Notes under the pieces: generated by a model
What the model was told of the DNA's origin: nothing
What the model saw: only the letters and a program-made list of their open reading frames with translations
The model's database searches: none
Origin: a plasmid
Strand: one strand, 5' to 3'
Length of the DNA: 64,000 bases
Sequence record: NZ_CP137560.1
Shown here: positions 41,267 to 52,195 of the stretch, piece after piece
Layout of the letters: each line of letters begins with the position of its first letter
Position numbering within the stretch: position 1 is the first letter of the stretch
Translations under genes and position numbers: made by a program

Positions 41267-42703
41267 TTACACTTGCTTGAGAGAATGCGTTTGCTTTTCC
41301 TCAGGACACTCTGTCTCAAAATAAGTACTTGCCTGGAGTTGGAGCTTGGATGCGTCCACTTTTTCCCTATCACGTTTTACTATATTTTCCTCATCCTTGG
41401 ACAGCGCCTGCTCATTTTCCTCTTGGATACGACTTGATGCTTTGATGGCCTCTGAAATCTTAATCCTTGCTGCTATTGTCAGCGCTGCTGAGAATAATGT
41501 TGAGATAAGTTCCGAGAAGGCATCCTGGTTATTATTCTGCTCACCATTCATCTCCTTCAAGCAGGAAAGCCACTTGGTGGGGTCGTTAGAGTTGGTTATC
41601 TGAGCCAACAGTTGTTTGGACATATCCGCCTGTGGATAAGTAACCGGCTGCTTGATATATTGAGAACGATACTCAGCGAGAATGTCTTTTCCATCCTTCA
41701 TGAGGGGTATGGAATTTCCAGTCTCGCCTTCAATGGCAGCAAGATACTCACGTGGGTCAAATCTTTCCCATTTACCCTGAGAGTTAAGCAACTTGGTCTC
41801 AAAGTGAAGGTGTGGTCCAGAGGAGCGGCCTGTATTGCCAGAGATACCAATCTGTTGGCCGGCTTGCACGATGTCGCCCTTTTTCACATCTCTTTTACTC
41901 AAATGCATATATACACATTGAAGTTTGCTACCGTCTTCTTTAGTATATTCGACCGTTATCATGTTACCTGTAGCATTGCCTTTACAGGAGGCGACAACCT
42001 TTCCGTTGTTCTCGGTGGCATACACGGGTAAGTTCTTGTGACCAGTGGCGATGTCTATACCTCCATGCAGATGGTCACCTCTGTTTTCCTTGAACAATCC
42101 TGTAGCTTTAAGCCCCTGCATGTTGATTGGAAGGGCACAAGAAATTGTTTGTATAGGAAGTGAGGCTCCCATATTCTGAGCAAAGCCTATGGTTTTACCC
42201 ATTTTTTGAGCATAATCCCAAGCCATTTTATCATATCTGTCCAAATGATATCTCTCAATTTCTCCCACCAGGGCTTCCTTATAGCTTGGATTACTAGCAT
42301 AGCCGCCTCTGCAAATACCATCCGCCCATCCCTTGTAATCGAGCGGGCTTCGTGCAGCGCAATACTTTTGGTATCGCTGCAGCATGAGAACCTTGGAGTG
42401 GTCTTCTACACTTGCCCTCACATCACTATATACCCTGAAAGGCTCTGGATATTTATGGTCATCCAAATGATAACTGACAGGTCCGTTCCAAGAACTTCCT
42501 TTTTTTACGCCAAAAAAGTTAGAGTCATTCCTGGCTAACTTAGATGTTCCGAAGCTGCTCTCAAATCCCATCTGTGCCAGGGTGATGGATGCTGGTATGC
42601 CATACTTGATCTGTTGTTCGATGGCCACCGCTGCATATTTTTCGTAAAATGCTTTTTTGTCTATTGCCATGTTACTATGATTTTGTTGTCCATGAGATGG
42701 CAC
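41267..42703 (-). CDS. Bifunctional peptidoglycan hydrolase: glucosaminidase (FlgJ-like) domain plus M23 (LytM) peptidase domain.
   Basis: The N-terminal QMGFESSFGTSKLARNDSNFFGVK is glucosaminidase-like. The C-terminal HGGIDIATGH...GNTGRSSGPHLHFE is the M23 signature. Confidence 0.75.
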   Translation of the reverse strand: MPSHGQQNHSNMAIDKKAFYEKYAAVAIEQQIKYGIPASITLAQMGFESSFGTSKLARNDSNFFGVKKGSSWNGPVSYHLDDHKYPEPFRVYSDVRASVEDHSKVLMLQRYQKYCAARSPLDYKGWADGICRGGYASNPSYKEALVGEIERYHLDRYDKMAWDYAQKMGKTIGFAQNMGASLPIQTISCALPINMQGLKATGLFKENRGDHLHGGIDIATGHKNLPVYATENNGKVVASCKGNATGNMITVEYTKEDGSKLQCVYMHLSKRDVKKGDIVQAGQQIGISGNTGRSSGPHLHFETKLLNSQGKWERFDPREYLAAIEGETGNSIPLMKDGKDILAEYRSQYIKQPVTYPQADMSKQLLAQITNSNDPTKWLSCLKEMNGEQNNNQDAFSELISTLFSAALTIAARIKISEAIKASSRIQEENEQALSKDEENIVKRDREKVDASKLQLQASTYFETECPEEKQTHSLKQV

Positions 42704-42726
42704 GAGGCCAACCCTATGGACTTATA

Positions 42727-42912
42727 TTATCGGTGAAAACCTCTGGAGGGGGTATTCTCCTTGACTTCTTCCTTTTCCTCTTTGACTGCAGGAATTTGTT
42801 CTTGCTTGAGATTCTCATCTGCCTTCACAGAGTTTTTTTGCTCCACTTGCACTTCCTTGTTGACTGTAGGGATAAAACTTACGGCTGCAACAGCTTTCTT
42901 ATAGGCTGCCAT
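42727..42912 (-). CDS. Small K/E-rich hypothetical protein.
   Basis: 61-aa ORF between two large genes on the same strand. Confidence 0.3.
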   Translation of the reverse strand: MAAYKKAVAAVSFIPTVNKEVQVEQKNSVKADENLKQEQIPAVKEEKEEVKENTPSRGFHR

Positions 42913-42924
42913 ATCATCTGCAAG

Positions 42925-45900
42925 TCACAGATTATACCATTGTTGCTTAGAGATAGTCTGTCTCTTTTGTTCACCATCAATGGTGGCAATAACAACCTTC
43001 ACTTTAGGATTTTCCTTGTCTGAGGTAATTCTTACCTTTTCCACACGGCTCAAATCTATGCCTTTTGTGTTTGGCATAATGAGTTCCTGCTTGGAATCAG
43101 GATAGGTTGAAGCCATCTCATAATATTTCCGTGCCAAGGCATTATGCATCTGATTCTTATTTTCCTTGCCCATGACACTGAAATATGAGTTGAGATGTTC
43201 CTTCATCGGATAGACGGAGAAGGATGGCTCATTCTCAGGTTTAATAAAGAATGCATACTTGCCCATATGATCCTGGATTGCCTGGAACTTCAATATTTTG
43301 GTCTCTTGCTTCTCGTTGACCTTACTCGCCACATCAATAGTCTGGTTGGTAAGCAGCGTATATTGTTTGAGTCTGCTCACGGTAACCTCCTTGTCCTTGT
43401 AGTAGCTGTTTGGCTGTTTCAAAGCAAGGCTACCGCCTGCATTGTAGAAGCTCACCTCTTTGATTCCTTCTTTTCCAAGAGCGATACCAACACGTCTTTT
43501 ATTCATACCAGGAACCTCATTGTTTACCTGCAAAGATGCACCAGCAGGCAATATGACATCGGCGGTCTTGTTCTGTCTATCCATGACCACCACAAGTTCC
43601 TTGGTGTCAATGCTAGGTAACTTGTTGAGTTCACGAGATATGGAAAAATCATTAGAGCAAGAGAGCAAGTCTTTGTTAGGCAGTTCTCCCTTAATCGCCT
43701 CATAATTTACCTTTCTGCTAGCCATGAGGTTGTCAATGGTCTCAAGGGCATTGTTAACATCCCTCTCAAGGATACCTACCAGTTTGCTATTCTCCTTGAT
43801 TTCTCGCTCCCAGTAAGGAATCTGCTTTTGACTTTCTTGGGAGAAGGTAGCCGGTAATCCCTGACGAGCCATCATCACACCTGCCGTAAGTTCTCTGACT
43901 AGCAACTCATGCTTGGCATCATCAGCTGGCAAAAGATTATTTCTGCCTGTGCGGTCCAATCTATGTTCATGACCAGTAGAACCCACAACGGCACGATAGA
44001 TATCATTGGCTTTAAGGATGGCTTTAACCTCCTCATTACCGCCCTTTGGACTCATGCCGCTGACAATGATCTTGTCCTGGACTTTATCATATTGTGCATC
44101 TTGCAACACCATAACTCTCTCATACCCAATACCAGATGACTTCGCAACCTGCGATGCCGTTTGATAGGCAGTGGACAAGATTTTCTGAGCAGAAGGAACG
44201 TCCTTGCTCATCTTTGCGACATCTTGACCATCATTCATGGCAATGCGATTACCTGCTCTGATAAGTTTTGGCAAGCAATTATCCAATGCATGATAAGGAA
44301 AGGCTGCATAGCTTATCTTTTTTCCACCCACATCCTTGGTGGATGCAGGAAGGCCAAGGACTTTTCCCATCACATCTGCCTTCTCTCCATAAGTCTCATA
44401 GAAATCCTTGTTTCTGATGAGGATAATGGCATCAGGATGTTTCTTCTCTTGCTCCATGACATATGAAACGGCAGTCTCAGCAGAAAGCTCTTTTGCATGA
44501 TCTTTACTGAAATTCTTGATCTGCTCTCCTTTTTCACGGACCAAAGAGCCATAACCTTCCACATCATTTGCAGGCATGACCGTCTGGTCTATGTTATACA
44601 TATGGAAACGCTGACGAGTAGCATGAATCGCGTAATTGGTCTTTTCTGCATCACTCAATTCTGCATATTGCTCCTTTGAAATTGTATCGTTTGGATTAGT
44701 CACGTTTTGGTATTCCCATTTTGTCCAGTTGAAAGGCAATGATGTCTGTCCTCTCATCACCGGCATATCGTTATCCTTGGCAGGGTTAAAAGAGGTGTAA
44801 ACATTGGTCTTATAACCTTGCAAGTCAGAGTTCAAGTTCATCATCAGGTTGTTGAACGGCGTAATAGGCTTCTTGAAATGCAAGAACTCAGCATTGCTTT
44901 TACCCTTACCATTCATCCAAACTCCATCATGAGACTTGGCCATTTCGAGTGCACCAAGAAGAATGGATGCATGGGTAGCAGCTTTAGCTGTACTAATCTG
45001 TTCATCTTTAGCTGTCTCCTCACTTACCTTTGGTAAAACATCTTGCTTTGCCTCCTTTTCCACTTGGTGATAAGCTGCATGTTGCTCATCATCAGAGATT
45101 GCCTTGGCTTCTTTCTCAGCCACGTGCATAGGTACTCCAGTGTGGGCAATCTGTTCTGCTTTACCTGCAACATCGGTTTGGATGTTACTATCCTCATGGG
45201 CCGGCTGTTCTTCTTGATGTTGAGAGTTCTCTGGCTTTTCCTCCATAACCGCTTCTTCCTCAACCGTCTGATATTCGGGCATTTCAGAAAGGTTATCAAT
45301 GACAGCATCCAAATTTCTCTCCCAAGTAGCTCCATGATCATATGGGAAACTGTGCTTTACCATGAGTCCGATATTGCTCACGGTACCCACGTCAATGGAA
45401 TCCTTCTCCTTGTTATATTCAAAATGAAGGAGGTCTCCATTTGGCATGGTGAATGCAGGTGTTTTATCTCTGAGTTTTAGTGTCATCTCTTCCTCGGCCA
45501 TGTTCTTGGCTACCTCCACTACTGCTTCAGAGGCATCTTTCTCCAATCCATAGCTATCGATGGACATTCTCAGATCATTCTCACTCACTCTGCGAAGTAG
45601 TTCATAGGTACCACCCACACTGTTGTTATATACTACTGCGTAGTTTTCATTTTCCGCTAACAAGCTATCACCTGAATTACTTGTTGCACTTTTAGTGATT
45701 TGGGACTGTGTTAGAGCATCACCAGGGTCATACTCTTGAGCCAGATTGAGCAACTGATCCCATTTCTCTTTAGTATTCAAGTCATCGAACTCCTGAGTAT
45801 CATCAGTACTCTGCAAATACTGGTATGAGAAGTAATACGGCTTACCCTGTTGAGTATCCTTTATTTCATGCGAGTTATTCTTAGAATCGTTCATATTCTG

Positions 45901-47301
45901 TTCTTTGTTCGTATTTTGTTCTGTCACTATGTTTGGAAGAAGGGAAGCTCCTGCCGTCAAAAGCTGCTCATCTGTAGCATTTTGAATCCATGAGCCAAAT
46001 ACTTCATGCTCCTTATAATAGTCTCGCAGTTCTGATAGACTTTTGACCTGTAAGACGGTATGCTCACTGTTCTTGTCAGAAACTATGTTATGGATAAGTG
46101 CCGTAAAATGGTTCTCAGCTGGACTGACCGAAGATACTTGTGTTTCTTGTGGGGCATCTTTTTCCTGAGAAATCTGGTCAAGTTTGATTTGCTCAAACTG
46201 TTCCTTATTCTTGAGCTGTTCCTCAATACCATCGAGGTTACCTTCCATAAGTGGCTTTTCACCCAACTTTACCTTCTGCTTATCAATCTCTTCCAAAATC
46301 ATTCGAGAAGCCTTGTTGACATCGGACATGACTGTGACGATATACTTTGGCTCTTCACGCAATTTTTGTATCCACCAATCTACATAAGCTGCATTATTGT
46401 CTGAGATTCTATTGGAAAATCCCATCGCATTGCCGATGACAAAGGCAGTAGTCTCTGCCACAAGTTCTTCTTTAGCATATTCCTGCGAACCGAACTGAGC
46501 TTCTGGCAAACGGTCAAGTCTACTAGAATGTCCCGTGGAGTGCGCCATTTCGTGCATAGCAGAGGAATAATACTCCTGTCCATCCATGAAGATTTCCTCA
46601 AGTTCATCGTGAATGTTGAACTGTGCCTTCATAGGCACCACAATAGAGTCTTTCTTCGCATTGTAAACAGCTCCCTTTGCCTCTTGATCCACTTGGATAG
46701 GACAAAGCCATTCCTGTTTGTCAAACATACGATCAAGAGCTTCATTCTTATACATACCCTTATCATCCTTGATAGGCGGGAATTGGAATCGGGAGAGGAT
46801 GGCTTGGTATTTCTCGTTATTATCCTCTTCAAAAGTGGTTTGGTCTATGTTCCATTCGTTGAAAACCTTCAAATAGGGACGTACTTGACATTTGTTTTGC
46901 TCATCCTTGGATAAGTCACGAAAAGCATCCTCAGACAAACGCTTTCCATTTTCATCCTTGATATTGAGTCCCCACTTGAATACAGGAACAGAATGCTCAC
47001 CTTTTTTTATATGAACACCATTCTCCTTCATCTGTGTTCTCGTCATGTAGACTGGAACATGGAAACCCCTCATGGAAGTGTGAACCTGAAGCAAAAAGGC
47101 ATTGCCACCTACATAAGTTCTGCCAGTGATGTTCTGCGGAAGGCCACCAAAGCCATGTGAACCTTCTGTCCATCCTTGTTCCCAGTCCTTTTTTTTGCTG
47201 TTTTCCAAACGCTGAATCATCAGGTCGGCGAACTTTTGGATGGCACGGTCGATTCGGGTGCCTTCCGTTTCCTCTTGTTTGTTGATTTCTTTGTTATCCA
47301 T
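42925..47301 (-). CDS. Giant (1458-aa) ArdC-like protein. It has an N-terminal DUF1738/ArdC-N domain plus a zincin HExxH metallopeptidase motif, an acidic linker, and a second ArdC-N-like repeat.
   Basis: N-terminal YVGGNAFLLQVHTSMRGFHVPVYMTRTQMKENGVHIKKGEHSVPV, and HEMAHSTGH. A second repeat reads HGVWMNGKGKSNAEFLHF...YTSFNPAKDNDMPVMRGQTS. Confidence 0.65.
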   Translation of the reverse strand: MDNKEINKQEETEGTRIDRAIQKFADLMIQRLENSKKKDWEQGWTEGSHGFGGLPQNITGRTYVGGNAFLLQVHTSMRGFHVPVYMTRTQMKENGVHIKKGEHSVPVFKWGLNIKDENGKRLSEDAFRDLSKDEQNKCQVRPYLKVFNEWNIDQTTFEEDNNEKYQAILSRFQFPPIKDDKGMYKNEALDRMFDKQEWLCPIQVDQEAKGAVYNAKKDSIVVPMKAQFNIHDELEEIFMDGQEYYSSAMHEMAHSTGHSSRLDRLPEAQFGSQEYAKEELVAETTAFVIGNAMGFSNRISDNNAAYVDWWIQKLREEPKYIVTVMSDVNKASRMILEEIDKQKVKLGEKPLMEGNLDGIEEQLKNKEQFEQIKLDQISQEKDAPQETQVSSVSPAENHFTALIHNIVSDKNSEHTVLQVKSLSELRDYYKEHEVFGSWIQNATDEQLLTAGASLLPNIVTEQNTNKEQNMNDSKNNSHEIKDTQQGKPYYFSYQYLQSTDDTQEFDDLNTKEKWDQLLNLAQEYDPGDALTQSQITKSATSNSGDSLLAENENYAVVYNNSVGGTYELLRRVSENDLRMSIDSYGLEKDASEAVVEVAKNMAEEEMTLKLRDKTPAFTMPNGDLLHFEYNKEKDSIDVGTVSNIGLMVKHSFPYDHGATWERNLDAVIDNLSEMPEYQTVEEEAVMEEKPENSQHQEEQPAHEDSNIQTDVAGKAEQIAHTGVPMHVAEKEAKAISDDEQHAAYHQVEKEAKQDVLPKVSEETAKDEQISTAKAATHASILLGALEMAKSHDGVWMNGKGKSNAEFLHFKKPITPFNNLMMNLNSDLQGYKTNVYTSFNPAKDNDMPVMRGQTSLPFNWTKWEYQNVTNPNDTISKEQYAELSDAEKTNYAIHATRQRFHMYNIDQTVMPANDVEGYGSLVREKGEQIKNFSKDHAKELSAETAVSYVMEQEKKHPDAIILIRNKDFYETYGEKADVMGKVLGLPASTKDVGGKKISYAAFPYHALDNCLPKLIRAGNRIAMNDGQDVAKMSKDVPSAQKILSTAYQTASQVAKSSGIGYERVMVLQDAQYDKVQDKIIVSGMSPKGGNEEVKAILKANDIYRAVVGSTGHEHRLDRTGRNNLLPADDAKHELLVRELTAGVMMARQGLPATFSQESQKQIPYWEREIKENSKLVGILERDVNNALETIDNLMASRKVNYEAIKGELPNKDLLSCSNDFSISRELNKLPSIDTKELVVVMDRQNKTADVILPAGASLQVNNEVPGMNKRRVGIALGKEGIKEVSFYNAGGSLALKQPNSYYKDKEVTVSRLKQYTLLTNQTIDVASKVNEKQETKILKFQAIQDHMGKYAFFIKPENEPSFSVYPMKEHLNSYFSVMGKENKNQMHNALARKYYEMASTYPDSKQELIMPNTKGIDLSRVEKVRITSDKENPKVKVVIATIDGEQKRQTISKQQWYNL

Positions 47302-47507
47302 ATTGAATTATTGATAGTTATACAGCTTTTTGGGTACAAAGTAAATGAAATCCATTAGGATAGAGACAATTGGAAAAATTGAATTTTATTTTTAACTTAA
47401 ATCGGGCATTTTACGGCAAAAATCGTCTGAAAAGTGTTAAAAAGGAATGATAATTGATGATTTCTTATAATTAGGCAATAACATCGGAGTTGACCCAAAT
47501 ACCTAAA

Positions 47508-47545
47508 AAAATGAGCAACCTAATTAGGCTGCTCATTTTCATTAT
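47508..47545. terminator. Intergenic hairpin that may act as a bidirectional terminator.
   Basis: aaatgagcaacctaattaggctgctcatttt. Confidence 0.35.
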
Positions 47546-47602
47546 ATGAGTCCCATTAAAAGGGGGGCTCAATATATTATAATTAATTGTTATCGTCTGT
47601 TA

Positions 47603-47800
47603 TTACCAAACGGGGCTGATACTGCATTCTTCGTTGTATTTTCCATTATATATATCATAAAATTTGCTTGCGAACATGAGACACCATATCTTGCCTTTCC
47701 CTTTCTGTGTGGATGTCCAGTACATTCCCGTTTCATTCTTCTTGAAAACTTCACTACAGGTGAATTTACATCCAGAGGCAGAAAAATATATGGTTTCCAT
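47603..47800 (-). pseudogene. Isolated fragment of a DUF1566-domain gene.
   Basis: The YWTSTQKGKGKIWCLMF...ECSISPV pattern matches the DUF1566 (Lcl C-terminal) core. It is too short to be a full gene. Compare the intact DUF1566 gene at 54627..55301. Confidence 0.3.
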
Positions 47801-47989
47801 TAGGACCGATTACGCGATATCCGTAAATGAATTTTTGTCGTTTTACAAGCAAAATCCCACGAAACCCTATAGGTTGCGGATTTGAGGTTAATAATCATTT
47901 TTCGTGTCCACTTTGGTGAGCTGCTACAATGGTTATTATTGTGATAAAACTCTCAAACATCCAAATTTCGTATTTTCAAAGGATTTTGC

Positions 47990-48059
47990 AATATGAATTT
48001 GCGTATTTTCGTATATTTCATGGAAATAAATTTGCGTATTTTCAATATCATTCGTATCT
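47990..48059 (+). promoter_or_regulatory. Promoter region with three AATTTGCGTATTTTC-like direct repeats and a TATCTTTG -7 element upstream of the AAA ATPase gene.
   Basis: caatatgaatttgcgtattttcgtatatttcatggaaataaatttgcgtattttcaatatcattcgTATCTTTGcac. Confidence 0.4.
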
Positions 48060-48120
48060 TTGCACTGCGTAAGTATCAAATAGTCAGTAACTTTTATATA
48101 AAAAATAAAGAAAAGAATAT

Positions 48121-49452
48121 ATGAATAGAATATTTAAGCGCAAATTGTATGATAGATTGCTTCAATGGAAGGCTACAAGGGATGGTAAAACTGCTATTCT
48201 TGTAGAGGGGGCACGCCGTGTAGGTAAGTCTACTTTGGTGGAACAGTTTGCACAAAAAGAGTATGAATCATACATCCTTATAGACTTCAATAAGGCATCA
48301 AAACGAGTTGTTTCCTTGTTTGATGATTTGATGGATATTGATTTTATCTTCCTTCAGTTGCAAACCATATATAAAACCATCTTGACCAATAGGCGTTCTG
48401 TCATCATCTTTGATGAAGTTCAGTCTTGTCCTAAGGCAAGACAAGCCATCAAGTATTTGGTGGCTGATGGGCGTTATGACTACATTGAGACGGGCTCGCT
48501 TATCAGTATTACTAAGAATACAAAAAACATCACTATTCCCAGTGAGGAAGAACGGGTTGCCTTGTATCCTATGGATTATGAAGAGTTCAGATGGGCATTG
48601 GGTGATTACGCTTCTATACCTCTTCTAAAGCAGTTCTTCGACAAACGCCTGTCACTCGGACAAGCCCATAGAGACAAGATGAGAGAACTCCGGCTATATG
48701 CACTCATAGGAGGGATGCCACAAGCTGTAAACGAATATCTGGTGTCGAATAATCTGAGTATGGTGGATCTCGTGAAACGTGATATCATTCGTCTGTATCT
48801 CGATGATTTCCAAAAGATAGATCCTTCGCGTAGAATAGAGCAATTGTTTAAGAATATTCCTGCTCAGTTGTCTCAAAATAGCAATCGTTATAAGCCATAT
48901 TCAGTCTTAGGAAATGTGGAGGATCACAAGCTGCAGGGGCTGTTGCGAGAGATGGAGGATAGCAAGACCGTATTGTTTGCCAGTCATGCCAATGAGCCTA
49001 ATGTAGGTATGTCGCTTCATAAAGATACCAATAAGTTCAAGCTCTTCTGTGCAGACACAGGCCTTTTTATAACTCTGGCGTTTTGGGACAAGGAATTTAC
49101 AGATAATGTCATCTACGATAAGCTACTAGGCGATAAGTTGAGTGCCAATTTAGGTTATGTATATGAGAACTTAGTGGCACAGATGCTGACGGCTTCTGGC
49201 AATGAACTTTTTTACTACACTTGGCCTAAGGATGCTACTCACAATTATGAGATAGACTTTTTGGTGTCTCGTGGTTCCAAGATTTGTCCGATAGAGGTTA
49301 AATCTTCGGGGTATAAGTCGCATGCCTCACTTGATGCCTTTAGTGAGAAGTTCTCGAAAGTTGTCTTGCAAAAATACCTGTTTTATGGCAAGGATTTGCA
49401 GAAGGATGGCAACACTCTTTTGCTACCATTCTATATGACTCCTTTCGTCTAA
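48121..49452 (+). CDS. AAA+ ATPase with a DUF4143-type C-terminal domain (COG1373-like).
   Basis: Walker A VEGARRVGKSTLV, Walker B VIIFDEVQ. 443 aa. Confidence 0.7.
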   Translation: MNRIFKRKLYDRLLQWKATRDGKTAILVEGARRVGKSTLVEQFAQKEYESYILIDFNKASKRVVSLFDDLMDIDFIFLQLQTIYKTILTNRRSVIIFDEVQSCPKARQAIKYLVADGRYDYIETGSLISITKNTKNITIPSEEERVALYPMDYEEFRWALGDYASIPLLKQFFDKRLSLGQAHRDKMRELRLYALIGGMPQAVNEYLVSNNLSMVDLVKRDIIRLYLDDFQKIDPSRRIEQLFKNIPAQLSQNSNRYKPYSVLGNVEDHKLQGLLREMEDSKTVLFASHANEPNVGMSLHKDTNKFKLFCADTGLFITLAFWDKEFTDNVIYDKLLGDKLSANLGYVYENLVAQMLTASGNELFYYTWPKDATHNYEIDFLVSRGSKICPIEVKSSGYKSHASLDAFSEKFSKVVLQKYLFYGKDLQKDGNTLLLPFYMTPFV

Positions 49453-49819
49453 ATCCAAAAGAAAGTGTTAAGTCTTGAGCCCATTTAAAAAGTCATTTTT
49501 ACGAAAATGTGCTATTGATTGTCAATAAGTTACAAAGACAAAAAATATGATTCGGGACTTTTTCAATTGGACTCAGTTTAAAATAATATAGTACCTTTGC
49601 GTAGTCAAAATCTATGTTGTGTAGAAATCAAAAGAATCCTTTGTGGATAAGTTTTTCTGATGTGAAGCCAACATAATTGACTACGCAACATATTAAATAT
49701 TATGTTGTACACAACATAACAACTCAATATGAACGAACACATCGGTCTGATTGTTGTATGAAAAAAAAGAGAGGCAATAGGTTTCTTGATTACAGCCTAT
49801 GACTCTCTTCTTATTTTGA

Positions 49820-51898
49820 TTATCTAATACCCATAACCTTGGTGTTGGATTCTTCTTTGTTGAGCGTTCTGTCAAACTCTCTTTCAGCTAAAGCCTGGTT
49901 CTCATCATGTTTTTTGAGAACGGCATTTGATAAGGTTGAAAGAGGCAAATAGCCTTTTTCATAAGCATCAATGGCATTTTCAGAAATACCAATGACGCAG
50001 GGCTTACCATCAATATTAGCTATCATTGAGCCTCCCTTTATAACTGGTGAAGTGATGCGAGGATTCAATGATTCTTCCTCATATTGCTTATATGTTTTTC
50101 TTGGCTCACTACTTGTCCTGGCCTGACCAAGAGCAGCATGCCCTGCATTATTGAGCAAGTTGGCTCCGCCGAATCCCAACAAAAGCATTTTGAGCAATGG
50201 ATTCTTGATGAACAAGCCACCGAATATGGAAGCCAAAGGTAATAAGTTGTCCTCTAACTGCAGGTTAGGATTCTTACCCGTAAACATACCAATAATCATG
50301 TCAGGGAGCATGGCAAGTACATAGCCTAAATTCTTGGTCACATCACTAAAGTCAGACAAACCTGCATGTTGCAAGGCATTTCCCCAGCCCTCTGTCAACT
50401 CCGTTGGAAAGGCACTAAAAATACCATTACCAGCATCAAGAGTGTTTGGAGTTTGAGAGAAAGGCGAGTTCTGTACCGCTGAAAAGGAAGGTGTATAACC
50501 AGAGTTATTTGTGTTAGTTGGGCCTGGCATATTGTTTTGCTGATTGAAACTATCCATATTTGGATCTCTATTATCATTTTTTTTAGCCCTTGCTGTATAT
50601 GAACCTTGCCTTTTCTCACAAACTTGTGCTGCTGCAGCGTAGTCATAGGCTCGTTGGCTCACTTGCTTGAGAGTCATTCTTTTACCTCCAATACTTATCC
50701 ATGCCTTACTTTCTCTGGACATTTCCATCGCAATGGAATAAAATCCTGATGCACATTGCTGGCATCTTTTCGTCCCAAGCTTGAGCATCCATTGAGGAAC
50801 CTTGCTAGAAGCATCGAATGGAATAGCCTGTTTTGAAAAACTCGTTCTTATCATGTTTAGCAATTTGCCAGTTTGATTCTTATGCTGGCTATAAACATGA
50901 TCCATATCCTTTTTGGTTCTATCAGAGAAGGATGGGATAAAGGTCTTGATTTTTCTTTCAAGTTGACCATTGAGTTTGTATATCCCTACAGTATTGGCAC
51001 GCTTGATATTATCACTTCCTTCTTGGATGTGCCTCTGAGCATCCTGATCACCTAACAAATTCTTACAATCCTCTTTGGCATATTTCTCGTTTTGCCATGT
51101 ATTTTCATGGTGGATGGCAAAGCCCGTCCTTAATCCGCCATCTATTACGGCTCCACTCCAAGCTGAGTTTAAAAATGCTGCTGCTTTAGGTGTAACGTTG
51201 ATGCCAGCTTTGGTGGCACCTTTCACCAGAAGTGAACTACCGCTGCCATATCCACCTGTCAAGCCAGCATCTATCATCATGGATCCCCCTATGGCAGTTG
51301 CTTTTTCGGCGATGTTGGGGCTATAGATATCATCCGCTTTTTTCTCAATGGTATCATCCAATTCTCCTTTTTTAGGGCCAATACTGGGCAATAACCCCAA
51401 AAGGCTATCTTCCATGGCTCTCTTAGCGATATAGGCAGCACTGTTTTTGGGGACTTGCTCCCTTGCCAGTTGTTCAACGATAAGACCTTGGAATCTATTG
51501 GCAACATATTTTTCTGCAAATACAGCCAGCTTTTCATTTTCCTTGCCTCCATGCATTCTGACCAACTCCCTATAGAAAGAGTTGAGAAAAGTTTGATAGT
51601 CCTTGGCGAACTTAGTATCCTTTCCCCATCTATCCTTGCAAAACTTAATCACATCATCTGAAGACTTCTTATACCATTTACCTGCAGCCTTAAGCTGCAG
51701 GTCCGTATTTTGAAGTTGTACATTCACAGGAACAAAGGGTGAGGCATTCTTTTGAAGTTGCTCAGTAAATTCCTTAATCTGATTATGCTTAAGCTGTCGG
51801 GTTTCCTTGATAAGCGTAGGCGCCAAGTACTTGCTAAAGTACTGGCGCATGCAATAGTCAATCTCCGATAAATTCTTGTAATCGTAGTCCTTTGCCAT
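49820..51898 (-). CDS. Hypothetical 692-aa Gly/Ala/Asn-rich protein, possibly a virion or injection protein.
   Basis: Long ORF; no recognised motifs. Confidence 0.5.
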   Translation of the reverse strand: MAKDYDYKNLSEIDYCMRQYFSKYLAPTLIKETRQLKHNQIKEFTEQLQKNASPFVPVNVQLQNTDLQLKAAGKWYKKSSDDVIKFCKDRWGKDTKFAKDYQTFLNSFYRELVRMHGGKENEKLAVFAEKYVANRFQGLIVEQLAREQVPKNSAAYIAKRAMEDSLLGLLPSIGPKKGELDDTIEKKADDIYSPNIAEKATAIGGSMMIDAGLTGGYGSGSSLLVKGATKAGINVTPKAAAFLNSAWSGAVIDGGLRTGFAIHHENTWQNEKYAKEDCKNLLGDQDAQRHIQEGSDNIKRANTVGIYKLNGQLERKIKTFIPSFSDRTKKDMDHVYSQHKNQTGKLLNMIRTSFSKQAIPFDASSKVPQWMLKLGTKRCQQCASGFYSIAMEMSRESKAWISIGGKRMTLKQVSQRAYDYAAAAQVCEKRQGSYTARAKKNDNRDPNMDSFNQQNNMPGPTNTNNSGYTPSFSAVQNSPFSQTPNTLDAGNGIFSAFPTELTEGWGNALQHAGLSDFSDVTKNLGYVLAMLPDMIIGMFTGKNPNLQLEDNLLPLASIFGGLFIKNPLLKMLLLGFGGANLLNNAGHAALGQARTSSEPRKTYKQYEEESLNPRITSPVIKGGSMIANIDGKPCVIGISENAIDAYEKGYLPLSTLSNAVLKKHDENQALAEREFDRTLNKEESNTKVMGIR

Positions 51899-51910
51899 AT
51901 AAAATGGTGT

Positions 51911-52195
51911 TTAAAATGAAAGTAATTGTTGACGTGCCTGCTCAATGGCCTTATGATAGACCGACATTTGCTTAGGATAGAATCGGGTAAGCCAGTCATT
52001 TTGCGAAATCTCGTCATTGATGAACTTGATGGCCAGCATTCGCGTAATCTCAATTGCTTTCTCACCCTTTTCCCTTCCATTGAACCAGGCTTTGGTCCAA
52101 CATCTTCTGCCAGATGAGTCAAAATAGACGTAGGCTTCATGCTTGATATCAAAGCTCTCTACATCTATAGCCAAATCTGAAAGCGGGTCAATCAC
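51911..52195 (-). CDS. Hypothetical 94-aa protein.
   Basis: ORF in an operon-like series. Confidence 0.35.
   Translation of the reverse strand: MIDPLSDLAIDVESFDIKHEAYVYFDSSGRRCWTKAWFNGREKGEKAIEITRMLAIKFINDEISQNDWLTRFYPKQMSVYHKAIEQARQQLLSF

Noticed and set aside
42925-47301. 1458-aa protein considered as a conjugative relaxase or primase
   Set aside because: No relaxase HxH/tyrosine motifs and no Toprim or primase zinc-binding motifs were recognisable. Only ArdC-N-like and zincin motifs were, so relaxase/primase was not called.
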